This document shows, one piece after another, positions 30,284 to 39,169 of a stretch of 63,331 bases of DNA. Both the position numbers and the translations under genes were made by a program. The notes below the pieces were generated by a model. It made no database searches, was not told where the DNA came from, and saw only the letters and a program-made list of their open reading frames with translations. The stretch comes from a virus (Duplodnaviria > Caudoviricetes), in the IMG/VR virus record IMGVR_UViG_3300021964_000059, positions 1 through 63,331 of that record. One strand, given 5' to 3'. Each line of letters begins with the position of its first letter. Positions within the stretch are counted from its first letter, which is position 1.

Positions 30284-30897
30284 TAGGGAGCTCCAAATGC
30301 CGTAACGTCGTCTGCAGAAACAATTTCACCCGTAGAACTAATCGAAGCTTTAACAACATCGTTGTAAGAGAATGAAAGCTTGTCACTAACAACGGATATT
30401 TTCCAATTTCCAATAGTTAATGCAGTCGCATCCCCAAAAGCATTACTAATTCTATCATCTGCAATTAGAACAACTTGAGCAGAGTCTGTTCCAACTACAC
30501 CTAGGGATGTAACATAATCGGCATCGATTAGGGATAATACATTAGACGAATCTAAAATATTAGGGGTGTTTAATAAGGAACTGTATCTAAAATCCTGTCT
30601 CGCCGCCACATAATCAGAGTCGATAACAACTTCTCCAACAGATAAATCAACAGCAACATACTTCGTACCATCAAATGACAAAACTTGGCCTGCGGTTGCA
30701 CTATCAACTGAGCTATCGACGTTTGCCAGCTGGCCAATATTTGCTCCAGCGACTCCATCAGAAAAGAATAAATTCCCACTGGCGTCGATAGTAATGACCT
30801 GATTATTTGTACCAGCTTCGGTCGGAAGGGTGTACAACGTATTCCCGTTGTCATCAATATAAATTACTGTACTTCCCGACTGTCTTAAATCTGCCAT
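30283..30897 (-). CDS. Short fibre-like virion protein
   Basis: GTNNQVITIDASGNL, AGQVLSFDG, IDSDYVAAR; C-terminal GEIVSADDVTAFG. Confidence 0.6.
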   Translation of the reverse strand: MADLRQSGSTVIYIDDNGNTLYTLPTEAGTNNQVITIDASGNLFFSDGVAGANIGQLANVDSSVDSATAGQVLSFDGTKYVAVDLSVGEVVIDSDYVAARQDFRYSSLLNTPNILDSSNVLSLIDADYVTSLGVVGTDSAQVVLIADDRISNAFGDATALTIGNWKISVVSDKLSFSYNDVVKASISSTGEIVSADDVTAFGAP

Positions 30898-30899
30898 CT

Positions 30900-31691
30900 C
30901 TACACCTTATTCGGTTTTTGTGTCGTGCCAACCGTAGCTGCCAAGCCTGGACCATCTATATGCTGATGAGTATGGTTAACAAGCGACACACCATCCACCA
31001 CGACATCTCCACTGGTACCCGTAACATTCACTGTATCACTTGTTACTGTTGAAGTGGTAGAAGTTACTGTCACATCAGTCGCTTCAACGTTGACATTAGT
31101 TGCCTTTATGTTAGCATTTGTTCCGGCATCAATGTATGTGTTTGTTGTTTTAATGACCAACGATCCGTCTGGATGAAATTCAATAAACGATCCTGATTTA
31201 TGACGTATGTGAATTCTCTCGCCCTCTGGGGTGTCATCAATTTCAATAACATGGCCAGAAGTCGTTTGTGTTACCTTATTGTGAGGATATTCCGCAGCAT
31301 ATGGATCGCTAGGTGCTCCTGTTACGGTAACAGTTTTATCAAGGGATGATTCACCTCTAATTAATGGATTGACGTCTCCTTCCTTTGGCATCGAACCAAC
31401 AACCAATGGGAGCTGAGAGTGGGTCCCATCAAGAAAGATACCAAAGACATTCGAACCAACTTGAACACCAAGATTGTTTCCGAGACCATCTGTTCCACCT
31501 TCTGTAATTGGAGCAACAACCTGAGCCCAAGGTAAATCACTGTCGGGAATGTCAATTGTATTTTCACTATGAACACCAAAGATCCTGACCTTTATTCGCC
31601 CAAGATAAAGAGGGTCGGTGATACTAACAACGCGTCCAATGAACCACCTTGTTTGATCTCCATAAAAGTCAATGTACGGTTTTGGTATCAT
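30900..31691 (-). CDS. gp5: Baseplate hub/spike protein, lysozyme-less
   Basis: WFIGRV...DP..LGRIKVRIFG.H...LPWA OB-fold; YPHNKV..T.SGH.IEIDDTP..ERI; C-terminal HTHQH. Confidence 0.85.
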   Translation of the reverse strand: MIPKPYIDFYGDQTRWFIGRVVSITDPLYLGRIKVRIFGVHSENTIDIPDSDLPWAQVVAPITEGGTDGLGNNLGVQVGSNVFGIFLDGTHSQLPLVVGSMPKEGDVNPLIRGESSLDKTVTVTGAPSDPYAAEYPHNKVTQTTSGHVIEIDDTPEGERIHIRHKSGSFIEFHPDGSLVIKTTNTYIDAGTNANIKATNVNVEATDVTVTSTTSTVTSDTVNVTGTSGDVVVDGVSLVNHTHQHIDGPGLAATVGTTQKPNKV

Positions 31692-33037
31692 ACAATATCC
31701 GTATAGTTCGCAAGTTTAGATCCAGTCATCTTTACATAATGTTTAAAAGTATCTGTATCCTTTTTGAATGTATGGTGTGTAGCAAATATCAAATAGTCAC
31801 CAGACTTTTTCTGATCCAGTAATTGATCAGCAAGAGTAGGATCAGGATTTGGGAATGTAAAATGAATTCTCAGATTGTTCCCAACAGTGGAGTGTTCCTC
31901 CCCACCAATAAAATCTAGACCCTTTACAGCAAATGTGATTGGAGCATTGGCGAGAAGCTCTTTCATTGCCTGACTTGTTACATTGTTTTTATAGTCAGAT
32001 AACAACTCACTTTCTTTGTAACTATTAAAAGACGTTTGATCGACATACGCAGAGCTTCCGCCTATCCGTGTAATCTTTCTACTACTAAGTTGATTATATG
32101 GCTTCTCATTTAACTTATATCTTGGACCATACATGATGTTGTTTTGATTTCTTGGTAGTACACTGTTCTTAACAAGAGGGTCTAATAGATCTTTAGTCAC
32201 ATCAAATTGAAATGTGTTTCTTCTATTCTTGACAGTATCAATGTATTCATATTGAGCCCCGATCAATCCCCTTTGAATATATCTGTAGAGATTATTAATT
32301 TCATTTTGATCAAAACCAAGAAGGATTCTTCGCTTGGCTGTTTCATCATCTGAAAAAAATGGTGTACTCGAATATCGATAAGGTACATCTGGGTTGATTA
32401 CTGGTGTATTAATAAGTGTTCCTAAATCAACATACTTCAGAGTGTCTGTTATCAATGTTGAAAATAAATAAAACGGATACCCATTAATGGTTGTTGCTCT
32501 ATCACGAATCCACATCATAGCTTCGATTGGGCTGAGGTTAGGAACAATCAGTTTTACACTTTGAGTATCAACACCAAATTTAGTAATATCTTTGTTCAAG
32601 AAATTTGATGCTATTTTTTCAATGATTGTCCCGCATTTGCCATTGTACGACTTATTTAAATTTTGAAGATTGGATTCAAACCCAATGTCCTCAATCAGAT
32701 TAAAAATATGACCTTCCGATATCTCATTGACCTTTGATGTGGAAAGAATCTCGCTAATGTAAAATGTTTTACTAAAAGGTTTTGCATCTTTACTGCTACA
32801 GGTAATTTTGATGAATATTGTCTCACCGCCGATCACATCAGCATTGGTGAGAAATCCTGAATCATCCACCAGCATAATCCTTCCTGTGAGGTATGGAAAA
32901 TTCAGGTCTTCAAAAATCTCAAGATCCGTTACATTATTTTTCAATTCAATGGAACGATCTAAAAATGGCGATGTGAACAATACCGTATCAAATACAAAAT
33001 CAGAGATCGTCTCTGGTGCACCCGTAAAACTACTCAA
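31688..33037 (-). CDS. Baseplate hub protein (gp27-like)
   Basis: 449 aa between gp53 and gp5; IFEDL..PYLTG, IVPNLSPIEA, SGDYLI...H.F. Confidence 0.65.
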   Translation of the reverse strand: MSSFTGAPETISDFVFDTVLFTSPFLDRSIELKNNVTDLEIFEDLNFPYLTGRIMLVDDSGFLTNADVIGGETIFIKITCSSKDAKPFSKTFYISEILSTSKVNEISEGHIFNLIEDIGFESNLQNLNKSYNGKCGTIIEKIASNFLNKDITKFGVDTQSVKLIVPNLSPIEAMMWIRDRATTINGYPFYLFSTLITDTLKYVDLGTLINTPVINPDVPYRYSSTPFFSDDETAKRRILLGFDQNEINNLYRYIQRGLIGAQYEYIDTVKNRRNTFQFDVTKDLLDPLVKNSVLPRNQNNIMYGPRYKLNEKPYNQLSSRKITRIGGSSAYVDQTSFNSYKESELLSDYKNNVTSQAMKELLANAPITFAVKGLDFIGGEEHSTVGNNLRIHFTFPNPDPTLADQLLDQKKSGDYLIFATHHTFKKDTDTFKHYVKMTGSKLANYTDIV

Positions 33038-33762
33038 CTTCCAACCGCCTCTCTAAAGGATGCAACGACCGTAGGCATAGCTGAAGGTTTGATAATTCGA
33101 ATCTGTTTTAGATCATCATTTTGAGTAAACATCCTATCAAGATAAGTTATCTCAGTAAGCAAAGCCCCGGGTCCAACTTCAGGATCAATATCAATAGTTT
33201 CTCCCGATGCATTTTCATAGTGATGGGCAGATAGGTATTCGAGACCGGTGCTAACTAGTACGATCGATTCCAACTCTTCATCTGAATTTGTGGATGTAAT
33301 CGTTTCACCCGCAGTAAACTGATTCGTCAGCTGACCGACGACAAGCTGACCAAGGTCTAGGTGTCTGTGATTGATAACAGCTGTTGCACCAGACGTAGAC
33401 CCTTGAATTGTCTGACCAACCTTAAACTTATCAGTTAGCCTTGTCCTTGTTGTGAGTGTGGTTAAACTGTAATCCTTTTGAGCTTTTGCAATTAACTCCT
33501 GATTGGTCACAGGCCATCCACGACCTCTAATTTTGTCGTTTATCAAATAAAATGTCCAATGCAATGTTGGGGTATCATATAAGAAGTAAGACAGACGATC
33601 AGGTCTTTGTCCTTCTTCAATATAATAATCCTGGTAAAAGGCAACATTGTTTTTGATTTCATCAAAGATGCTAGAATATACTGAGATGTTTTGAAAGACA
33701 TCAGGTGTAGTTTCATCCCCAAAGAAATATTCTACATATGGAAAATATCTAAAATAACTCAT
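33034..33762 (-). CDS. gp53: Baseplate wedge subunit
   Basis: YFRYFPYVEY, GQRPD.LS..LY....HWTFYLIN, KQIRIIKP. Confidence 0.85.
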   Translation of the reverse strand: MSYFRYFPYVEYFFGDETTPDVFQNISVYSSIFDEIKNNVAFYQDYYIEEGQRPDRLSYFLYDTPTLHWTFYLINDKIRGRGWPVTNQELIAKAQKDYSLTTLTTRTRLTDKFKVGQTIQGSTSGATAVINHRHLDLGQLVVGQLTNQFTAGETITSTNSDEELESIVLVSTGLEYLSAHHYENASGETIDIDPEVGPGALLTEITYLDRMFTQNDDLKQIRIIKPSAMPTVVASFREAVGS

Positions 33763-34763
33763 TAGAATGACCCGGATTGTTGCTGTGCTTGTTCATTGGT
33801 TGCAAACCCCAGTGTCTTCTCAATATCACTTCTGGCCAATGGTCTGTGTTCCATAAAGTTCAAGGTTAGATCAGTTTCAATTGGCTCACCGTCATAATGG
33901 TAGACACCAGCTGTAGGATTGGTTGTTACTGTAATAGAGTTTAGGAAGCAGTCCAATAATTTACTACCGATTGGAACATATCTCAAATTACCGTCCTCAA
34001 ATACTCGGGAGAACAATTTAATCCTAAACATGTCTGGATACTTATACGCAATTGGAATAGCTCCACCAATAGGTAGTTCCTCTGGATATGCATGGAATCT
34101 AAAATAATTAATTATCTGTTTGACAACTACAGCCTCATCCCGAGACCTTGGGATAAATTTAAATTGAAAAGTAAATTGTCTTATACCAACGTTGGAAAAT
34201 GTTGTTCTCAAATTAGGGTGAATACTAGCCTGAGCAATCAGTCCCACAGCATCTCTCACACCCTGAGGAATAGGAGCAAAAGAAGCTGCCCTTACAGCTG
34301 CGGCCTGAGTCAGAGCCTGACCACCAAAAGCTTTTAAAACATCATCCACCCCTTTAATAAATCCTTCTTTCATCGCAGTTGATGCTGCTTGAGCAACTGA
34401 TCCACCTTGCTGCATTGTATTGAGAAAACCAGCTCCCGCAATACCCAATGAGGCTGCGTTATTATAACTAAACACATCTGTAACCGTATGCGCCTGAGGA
34501 ACATACAGATCGACCTTTTTTCCAGTTGCATCAACTTGATAGCCCGAGGCCTTGAGAGACTTAGTTTCTGGAGGATCTACTCGATTTCCAGTGGCATCAA
34601 TATCCTGATCCCCTTCTCTTTTCCATTTCAATAAGGATTTGAAGTCACCCCGAATTGTGGGAGGATTAGTTTTGATGATCTCAAATTGGATCTTTGCATT
34701 GTACCTGTCTCTGTCGTCAATCGGATACTCATATCGACCAGGCTTATAATCTTCAACGGCCAT
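33762..34763 (-). CDS. gp48: Baseplate tail-tube cap
   Basis: LYVP, PNLRTTF...RQFTFQFKFIPRSRDEA..VKQII..FR, YPD.F, LTLNFME. Confidence 0.8.
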   Translation of the reverse strand: MAVEDYKPGRYEYPIDDRDRYNAKIQFEIIKTNPPTIRGDFKSLLKWKREGDQDIDATGNRVDPPETKSLKASGYQVDATGKKVDLYVPQAHTVTDVFSYNNAASLGIAGAGFLNTMQQGGSVAQAASTAMKEGFIKGVDDVLKAFGGQALTQAAAVRAASFAPIPQGVRDAVGLIAQASIHPNLRTTFSNVGIRQFTFQFKFIPRSRDEAVVVKQIINYFRFHAYPEELPIGGAIPIAYKYPDMFRIKLFSRVFEDGNLRYVPIGSKLLDCFLNSITVTTNPTAGVYHYDGEPIETDLTLNFMEHRPLARSDIEKTLGFATNEQAQQQSGSF

Positions 34764-34796
34764 GTAGAAAACCTATAGATAGAATTAGTTTAGTTT

Positions 34797-34804
34797 TATT
34801 TATA
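34797..34804 (-). promoter_or_regulatory. T4-type late promoter TATAAATA
   Basis: Exact motif in the gp48/gp4 divergent gap; a one-mismatch TATAGATA at 34774-34781 faces gp4. Confidence 0.7.
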
Positions 34805-34811
34805 ATCAAAT

Positions 34812-35315
34812 ATGGCATATTCAGGTAAATACCAAGTTATCAATCGAGACAAGTATAAAGGCGATCCTGATAAGATCGTCTACAGATCCCTGTGGGAAAA
34901 ATATTGTTTCATCTGGTGTGACACGAATCCAAAGGTCAAGGCTTGGAGCTCTGAAGAAATCATCATCCCATACTATTATGATGTAGACAAAAAATACCAT
35001 CGGTATTTTCCTGATTTAAAAATTGTGACAGAAGAGAAAACACTTCTTATTGAAATCAAGCCAGACAAAGAAACCAAACCTCCAACAGGAGAGAGACGGA
35101 CGAAAAGATACATCAATGAAGGTTTGACATATATTAAGAATATGAACAAGTGGGAAGCTGCCGAAGAATTTTGCAACGATCGCAATTGGGAGTTTCAGAT
35201 CTGGACTGAAGATACGTTGATTGAGATGGGATTGCTTCCTAAGAAAATGCCTGGTAAAATTAAAAAGCCTCTAAAAAGAATGCAGCCATACCGTAAGAAA
35301 AAATCTAAAAAATAA
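34812..35315 (+). CDS. gp4: Head completion nuclease (TnsA-like)
   Basis: MAYSGKY...KYKGDP..IVYRSLWE, WSSEE, HRYFPD, IEIKP, KWEAA. Confidence 0.9.
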   Translation: MAYSGKYQVINRDKYKGDPDKIVYRSLWEKYCFIWCDTNPKVKAWSSEEIIIPYYYDVDKKYHRYFPDLKIVTEEKTLLIEIKPDKETKPPTGERRTKRYINEGLTYIKNMNKWEAAEEFCNDRNWEFQIWTEDTLIEMGLLPKKMPGKIKKPLKRMQPYRKKKSKK

Positions 35316-35316
35316 C

Positions 35317-35324
35317 TATAAATA
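35317..35324 (+). promoter_or_regulatory. T4-type late promoter TATAAATA
   Basis: Exact motif just before gp2 ATG. Confidence 0.7.
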
Positions 35325-35329
35325 CTTTC

Positions 35330-35881
35330 ATGAGCAACCTATTTCAAAAGCTAGAAATCGAGGCATTCCGAGCTGGTATTCAGCCTCGTACAAAAGAATC
35401 TATGGATTGGTTTCGAAGGAAAGCAACTCAGCTAGGCCGCGTCGGTAAATCTGTTATGAATGATGAGGCTGTTAAGCTCCAAAGCAGCATGAGGGATCCA
35501 GTTGGAAATATGTACATGTTCTTCTATGATCCCAAACATAAGAAGACATTGCCATACTATGATAAATTTCCCTTGATCCTTATGATTGGTCCAGCTGACG
35601 GAGGATTCTATGGATTGAATCTTCATTATCTTCCTCCCGTGCTCAGGGCAAAGGTTCTAGATGCTGTATTGGCGGAAGATAATAAAGGGGTTGCTGTCAA
35701 AAGAATTCCTAAGAAGTATATTCAACCAATGATTAAGCATTATCTTAACAGTCATGTAAAAAGTAGATTTGCCTTGGTTGATAAACCTGAATGGGAAATT
35801 GCAACATTTTTACCAACTGCACAGTTTGAGAAACTAACAGCGTCTCAGGTGTACACTAGATCGAAGAGAATGATAAAGTAA
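35330..35881 (+). CDS. gp2: DNA end protector protein
   Basis: FFYDPKHKKTLPYYDKFPL, GLNLHYLPP..R, KHYL..HV.S, FLPTAQF. Confidence 0.9.
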   Translation: MSNLFQKLEIEAFRAGIQPRTKESMDWFRRKATQLGRVGKSVMNDEAVKLQSSMRDPVGNMYMFFYDPKHKKTLPYYDKFPLILMIGPADGGFYGLNLHYLPPVLRAKVLDAVLAEDNKGVAVKRIPKKYIQPMIKHYLNSHVKSRFALVDKPEWEIATFLPTAQFEKLTASQVYTRSKRMIK

Positions 35882-35882
35882 T

Positions 35883-36530
35883 ATGGCAAACATAAGCGAA
35901 CTCAAATCACTTGCTTCCGTTACATTTGGTTTTGCCAGAAGCAATAACTTTCTCGTTGAACTTCCGTCAATCGGAGGTGCTGGAGGATCAAGTTCTAGTC
36001 AAAAAAGAGAACTCAATCTTCTTTGTAAAAATGCCCAGCTTCCAGGTAAGCAAATTTTAACTGTTGATCGTGTTATTGGTATGCAGGCAGAAAAAATTGC
36101 ATATGGATATGCTGTTGCTCCTGTTAGTTTCTCATTCTATGCCATGAATGATTATTTCATTCGCAAATATTTTGACAGATGGCTTGACCTAATGATGAAT
36201 GAGGATAATGGATTAGTGGGATATAAGAAGCCATCTGGGTATGGTGGATACAGAAGTACAGGATATGCTGCCGCAATAAAAATTCATCAATTAAGAAAAC
36301 CTCAGATTGGTATCAATGCTAATGTTGGACCAATCCAGATTAACGTTGGGGCAGGTGGAGGTTCAGTATACAGTATTGAGCTCGAAGATGCATTTCCGAC
36401 TCAAATCCAATCAGTAGAATTTTCAAATGACTTGGACGGTCTTGTTGAAGTGTTTGTTGAATTTTCATATACGAAGTGGAAGGCAATTAAGCCTTCACAA
36501 AACTTTATCAATGTAAACGTGGGTGTATAA
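35883..36530 (+). CDS. Tail tube initiator (gp54-like, tube fold)
   Basis: GFARSNNF.V, LC..AQLPG, DAFPT.I..VEFS, VEFSY; position before gp26. Confidence 0.7.
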   Translation: MANISELKSLASVTFGFARSNNFLVELPSIGGAGGSSSSQKRELNLLCKNAQLPGKQILTVDRVIGMQAEKIAYGYAVAPVSFSFYAMNDYFIRKYFDRWLDLMMNEDNGLVGYKKPSGYGGYRSTGYAAAIKIHQLRKPQIGINANVGPIQINVGAGGGSVYSIELEDAFPTQIQSVEFSNDLDGLVEVFVEFSYTKWKAIKPSQNFINVNVGV

Positions 36531-36540
36531 TGGAGAAATT

Positions 36541-37251
36541 ATGGCTATACCATCACTAAATTCGTCACCAAAGTATACGGTACAAATTCCGTCTACTGGT
36601 GAAACAGTAAGGTTTCGACCTTTCCTTGTGAAAGAACAAAAGGTCTTGTTGTTGGCCTATGAGTCACAAGACAAGAAACAAATTATTGGAGCAATCCTTG
36701 ATACGATTAAATCATGTGTTGAGGGTGATATTGATGTTTATCAATTGGCTACCTTTGATGTTGATTATCTGTTTACTCAGATCAGAGCAAAGTCGGTTGG
36801 AGAAAAAGTAGATATTGGATTAAAGTGTAGTCATTGCGAGACTCAAAATAATCAAGAGATCAATCTTGAGGATGTAAAGATTGATGGTAAGAAAGAGTCT
36901 AGTGTGATCAAACTTACTGACGAAATTTCAATTAAAATGAAATATCCTAACTACGAGAAGTTCATGAAGAACAATGATATCTTTGAATCGAAGACATCAA
37001 CTGACATCATTATGAACATCATCATCGCAAGCATTGAATCGATTATGACAGAAGAAGAGAATGTTCTTGCTGCAGATGAAAGTAGTGAAGACCTGATGAA
37101 CTTTGTTGAGTCGATGACTGCAGCTCAGTTCCAATTGGTATCTGACTTTATGGAAGAGATGCCAACAATGAAGTTGGATGTAAACTTTAAGTGTGTAAAC
37201 TGCAGCAAAGACAATACAGTAACATTACAAGGAATTGACGATTTTTTTTAA
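36541..37251 (+). CDS. gp26: Baseplate hub assembly chaperone
   Basis: PKY...PSTGETVRFRPFLVKEQKVLL, FD..YLF.QIRAKSVGE, two CxxC; ATG 36541 follows GGAG. Confidence 0.85.
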   Translation: MAIPSLNSSPKYTVQIPSTGETVRFRPFLVKEQKVLLLAYESQDKKQIIGAILDTIKSCVEGDIDVYQLATFDVDYLFTQIRAKSVGEKVDIGLKCSHCETQNNQEINLEDVKIDGKKESSVIKLTDEISIKMKYPNYEKFMKNNDIFESKTSTDIIMNIIIASIESIMTEEENVLAADESSEDLMNFVESMTAAQFQLVSDFMEEMPTMKLDVNFKCVNCSKDNTVTLQGIDDFF

Positions 37252-37433
37252 TAAGTCTCTCTCATGAATCGCTGGAAAACTATTTTAAAACAAACTTCCA
37301 GCTGTTGCAGAATTTTCATTATTCTCTACATGAGATCGAAGATATGATCCCTTGGGAGAGAGAAATTTACTTAACAATGTTAATTACAGACATTCAAGAA
37401 AAGAACGAAAGAGCACAACAAGGAATGCAATAA
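37251..37433 (+). CDS. Start-less gp51-like ORF, probable -1 frameshift extension of gp26
   Basis: -1 frame reads ISLSHESLENYFKTNFQLLQNFHYSLHEIEDMIPWEREIYLTML...*, preceded by T TTT TTT slippery run at 37242-37248; its TAA overlaps the tape measure ATG. Confidence 0.75.
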   Translation: MSLSHESLENYFKTNFQLLQNFHYSLHEIEDMIPWEREIYLTMLITDIQEKNERAQQGMQ

Positions 37434-39169
37434 TGGCAATAACTCTTGCTGATGTAAACGCACAGCTAGTCAAGCAGAACGAGCTCCAGGAAGAACAGAA
37501 CAATCTTTCTGCCGCACAGGTCGGCGCTATTGCTGGGATGGCCAGTGGACTATCCTCTTTAATTGATACGTTTAAATCTGATCAAATGGATCAGCTTGAG
37601 GCTGATCGGGAAAAACGAGCAGAAGAACGTAGGGTAGTGAAAAGTACTACTCCTAAGGCCGATAACAAGAAAGGACTTTTTGACTTCTTACCCGAGGGTG
37701 GCTTATTTGGTTTAGGTGCAGGGCTTGCCAAATTCTTACCGAAGTTTCTTTTGGGCAGAGCTCTGCCAGCGTTATTGGCAAAAATGTTTGCAGATGAAAT
37801 TGCTGACTATGTTGAGTCAGCCACAGGCAGTAAAGATTTAGGCGATGCAATCTATAGAGGATTGAATCTTGGAGCATTGGGTCTTCTTGTAAGTAGAAAA
37901 TTAGGAATAGTAGGGTTTTTTGCCGGTGCCTTGCTCACAAGTGAAAACAGACAAAAGTTAGAAACTCTGGGTGGGTCTCTCACAGAATTAGGTACTAAGA
38001 TAGGACAGTTTTTTGATCCTGAATTTGGATTACCATCATTTGATCAAGCTTTTAAATTTGTAACTGAAACATTTGGTAGAGCATTAGATTTCTTGATATC
38101 TGGTACCTCATACATAACAAATTTAATGAAGGATGACAAGACAGAAGAAGATCTAAAAAAGATGGATCAAGATCTGGATATCTTGGGTGACAATTGGGAT
38201 GACTTTGGAATTGCTATTGCTGGCCTTGCTGTAATGTTTAAACCGTTTGGTACCGTAAGCTTAATATTAAAAGCAATAGCCGCTCCATTTAAGATGGCAT
38301 ATAAAGGACTTAAAGGATTAGCTGGTCTAGTTCTTGGTGGTACGGCTATCAAAGAATTTGGTAAAACACAAATGGGTGAGATGAGCAAAGGTGAATTGCA
38401 AAAGATGAATACCAAGCAGATTCAAGGAATGTCTGCAGATGATATTAAAAAATTGGAAGGTGAAGGCTATAAGGTCAATCAAAAGACCGGCGCTGTAACA
38501 AATCTCAAAGGACAAGCCGTATCGGCTGATCAGGTTCGTGGCTCCATGTCCCGACTGGGTATGGAAAATCCATTAAACCAAGCCGCAGCTAAAAAATATA
38601 GCAGATTCGGAAAACTCCTCAAGGTTGGGAAGAGTATACCATTCCTTGGCAGTCTGTTATCAGCAGGATATCTTGGTGCAATCTTACTGAGTGATGCATC
38701 CGACGAAGAAAAAATAAAAACCATCGGTGGATTATTTGGTGGTGTTGCTGGTTCATTAGCCCTTGCCGGAATAGGTTCTTTAGCAGGTCCATTCGGTACA
38801 ATTGCTGGAGCGATTGGTGGTGGATTGGCAGGTGATCAATTGGGTCAATGGTTTGCTGGATGGTTAATGAATAATAATGGCAAGCAAGCTGGTACTGAAA
38901 GTGTTGGGGACTATGGTGAGTTTGGTAATTTAGGTAACGACCTTAGTGCACCCACTTCCCAAGCATCCGCTCCATATGCACCAATGTCAGGAACAATACT
39001 AAGAGATGTTGCAGATCAAAGTGTGGCAATGCAGAATACATCCGGTGGAGTTAATATGCTTGACACTAGTGATAAGAGTATTACAGTTAACAACAGTAGT
39101 GGGGTAACCATGGCAGGACCAATGGGTACCCCATTTGATACTTACAACAAGTATGTACTGTACGCTTAG
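37433..39169 (+). CDS. Tape measure protein (gp29-like)
   Basis: About 578 aa helical protein with Gly/Ala-rich hydrophobic segments, directly after gp26/gp51-like; ATG in TAATG at 37433. Confidence 0.7.
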   Translation: MAITLADVNAQLVKQNELQEEQNNLSAAQVGAIAGMASGLSSLIDTFKSDQMDQLEADREKRAEERRVVKSTTPKADNKKGLFDFLPEGGLFGLGAGLAKFLPKFLLGRALPALLAKMFADEIADYVESATGSKDLGDAIYRGLNLGALGLLVSRKLGIVGFFAGALLTSENRQKLETLGGSLTELGTKIGQFFDPEFGLPSFDQAFKFVTETFGRALDFLISGTSYITNLMKDDKTEEDLKKMDQDLDILGDNWDDFGIAIAGLAVMFKPFGTVSLILKAIAAPFKMAYKGLKGLAGLVLGGTAIKEFGKTQMGEMSKGELQKMNTKQIQGMSADDIKKLEGEGYKVNQKTGAVTNLKGQAVSADQVRGSMSRLGMENPLNQAAAKKYSRFGKLLKVGKSIPFLGSLLSAGYLGAILLSDASDEEKIKTIGGLFGGVAGSLALAGIGSLAGPFGTIAGAIGGGLAGDQLGQWFAGWLMNNNGKQAGTESVGDYGEFGNLGNDLSAPTSQASAPYAPMSGTILRDVADQSVAMQNTSGGVNMLDTSDKSITVNNSSGVTMAGPMGTPFDTYNKYVLYA

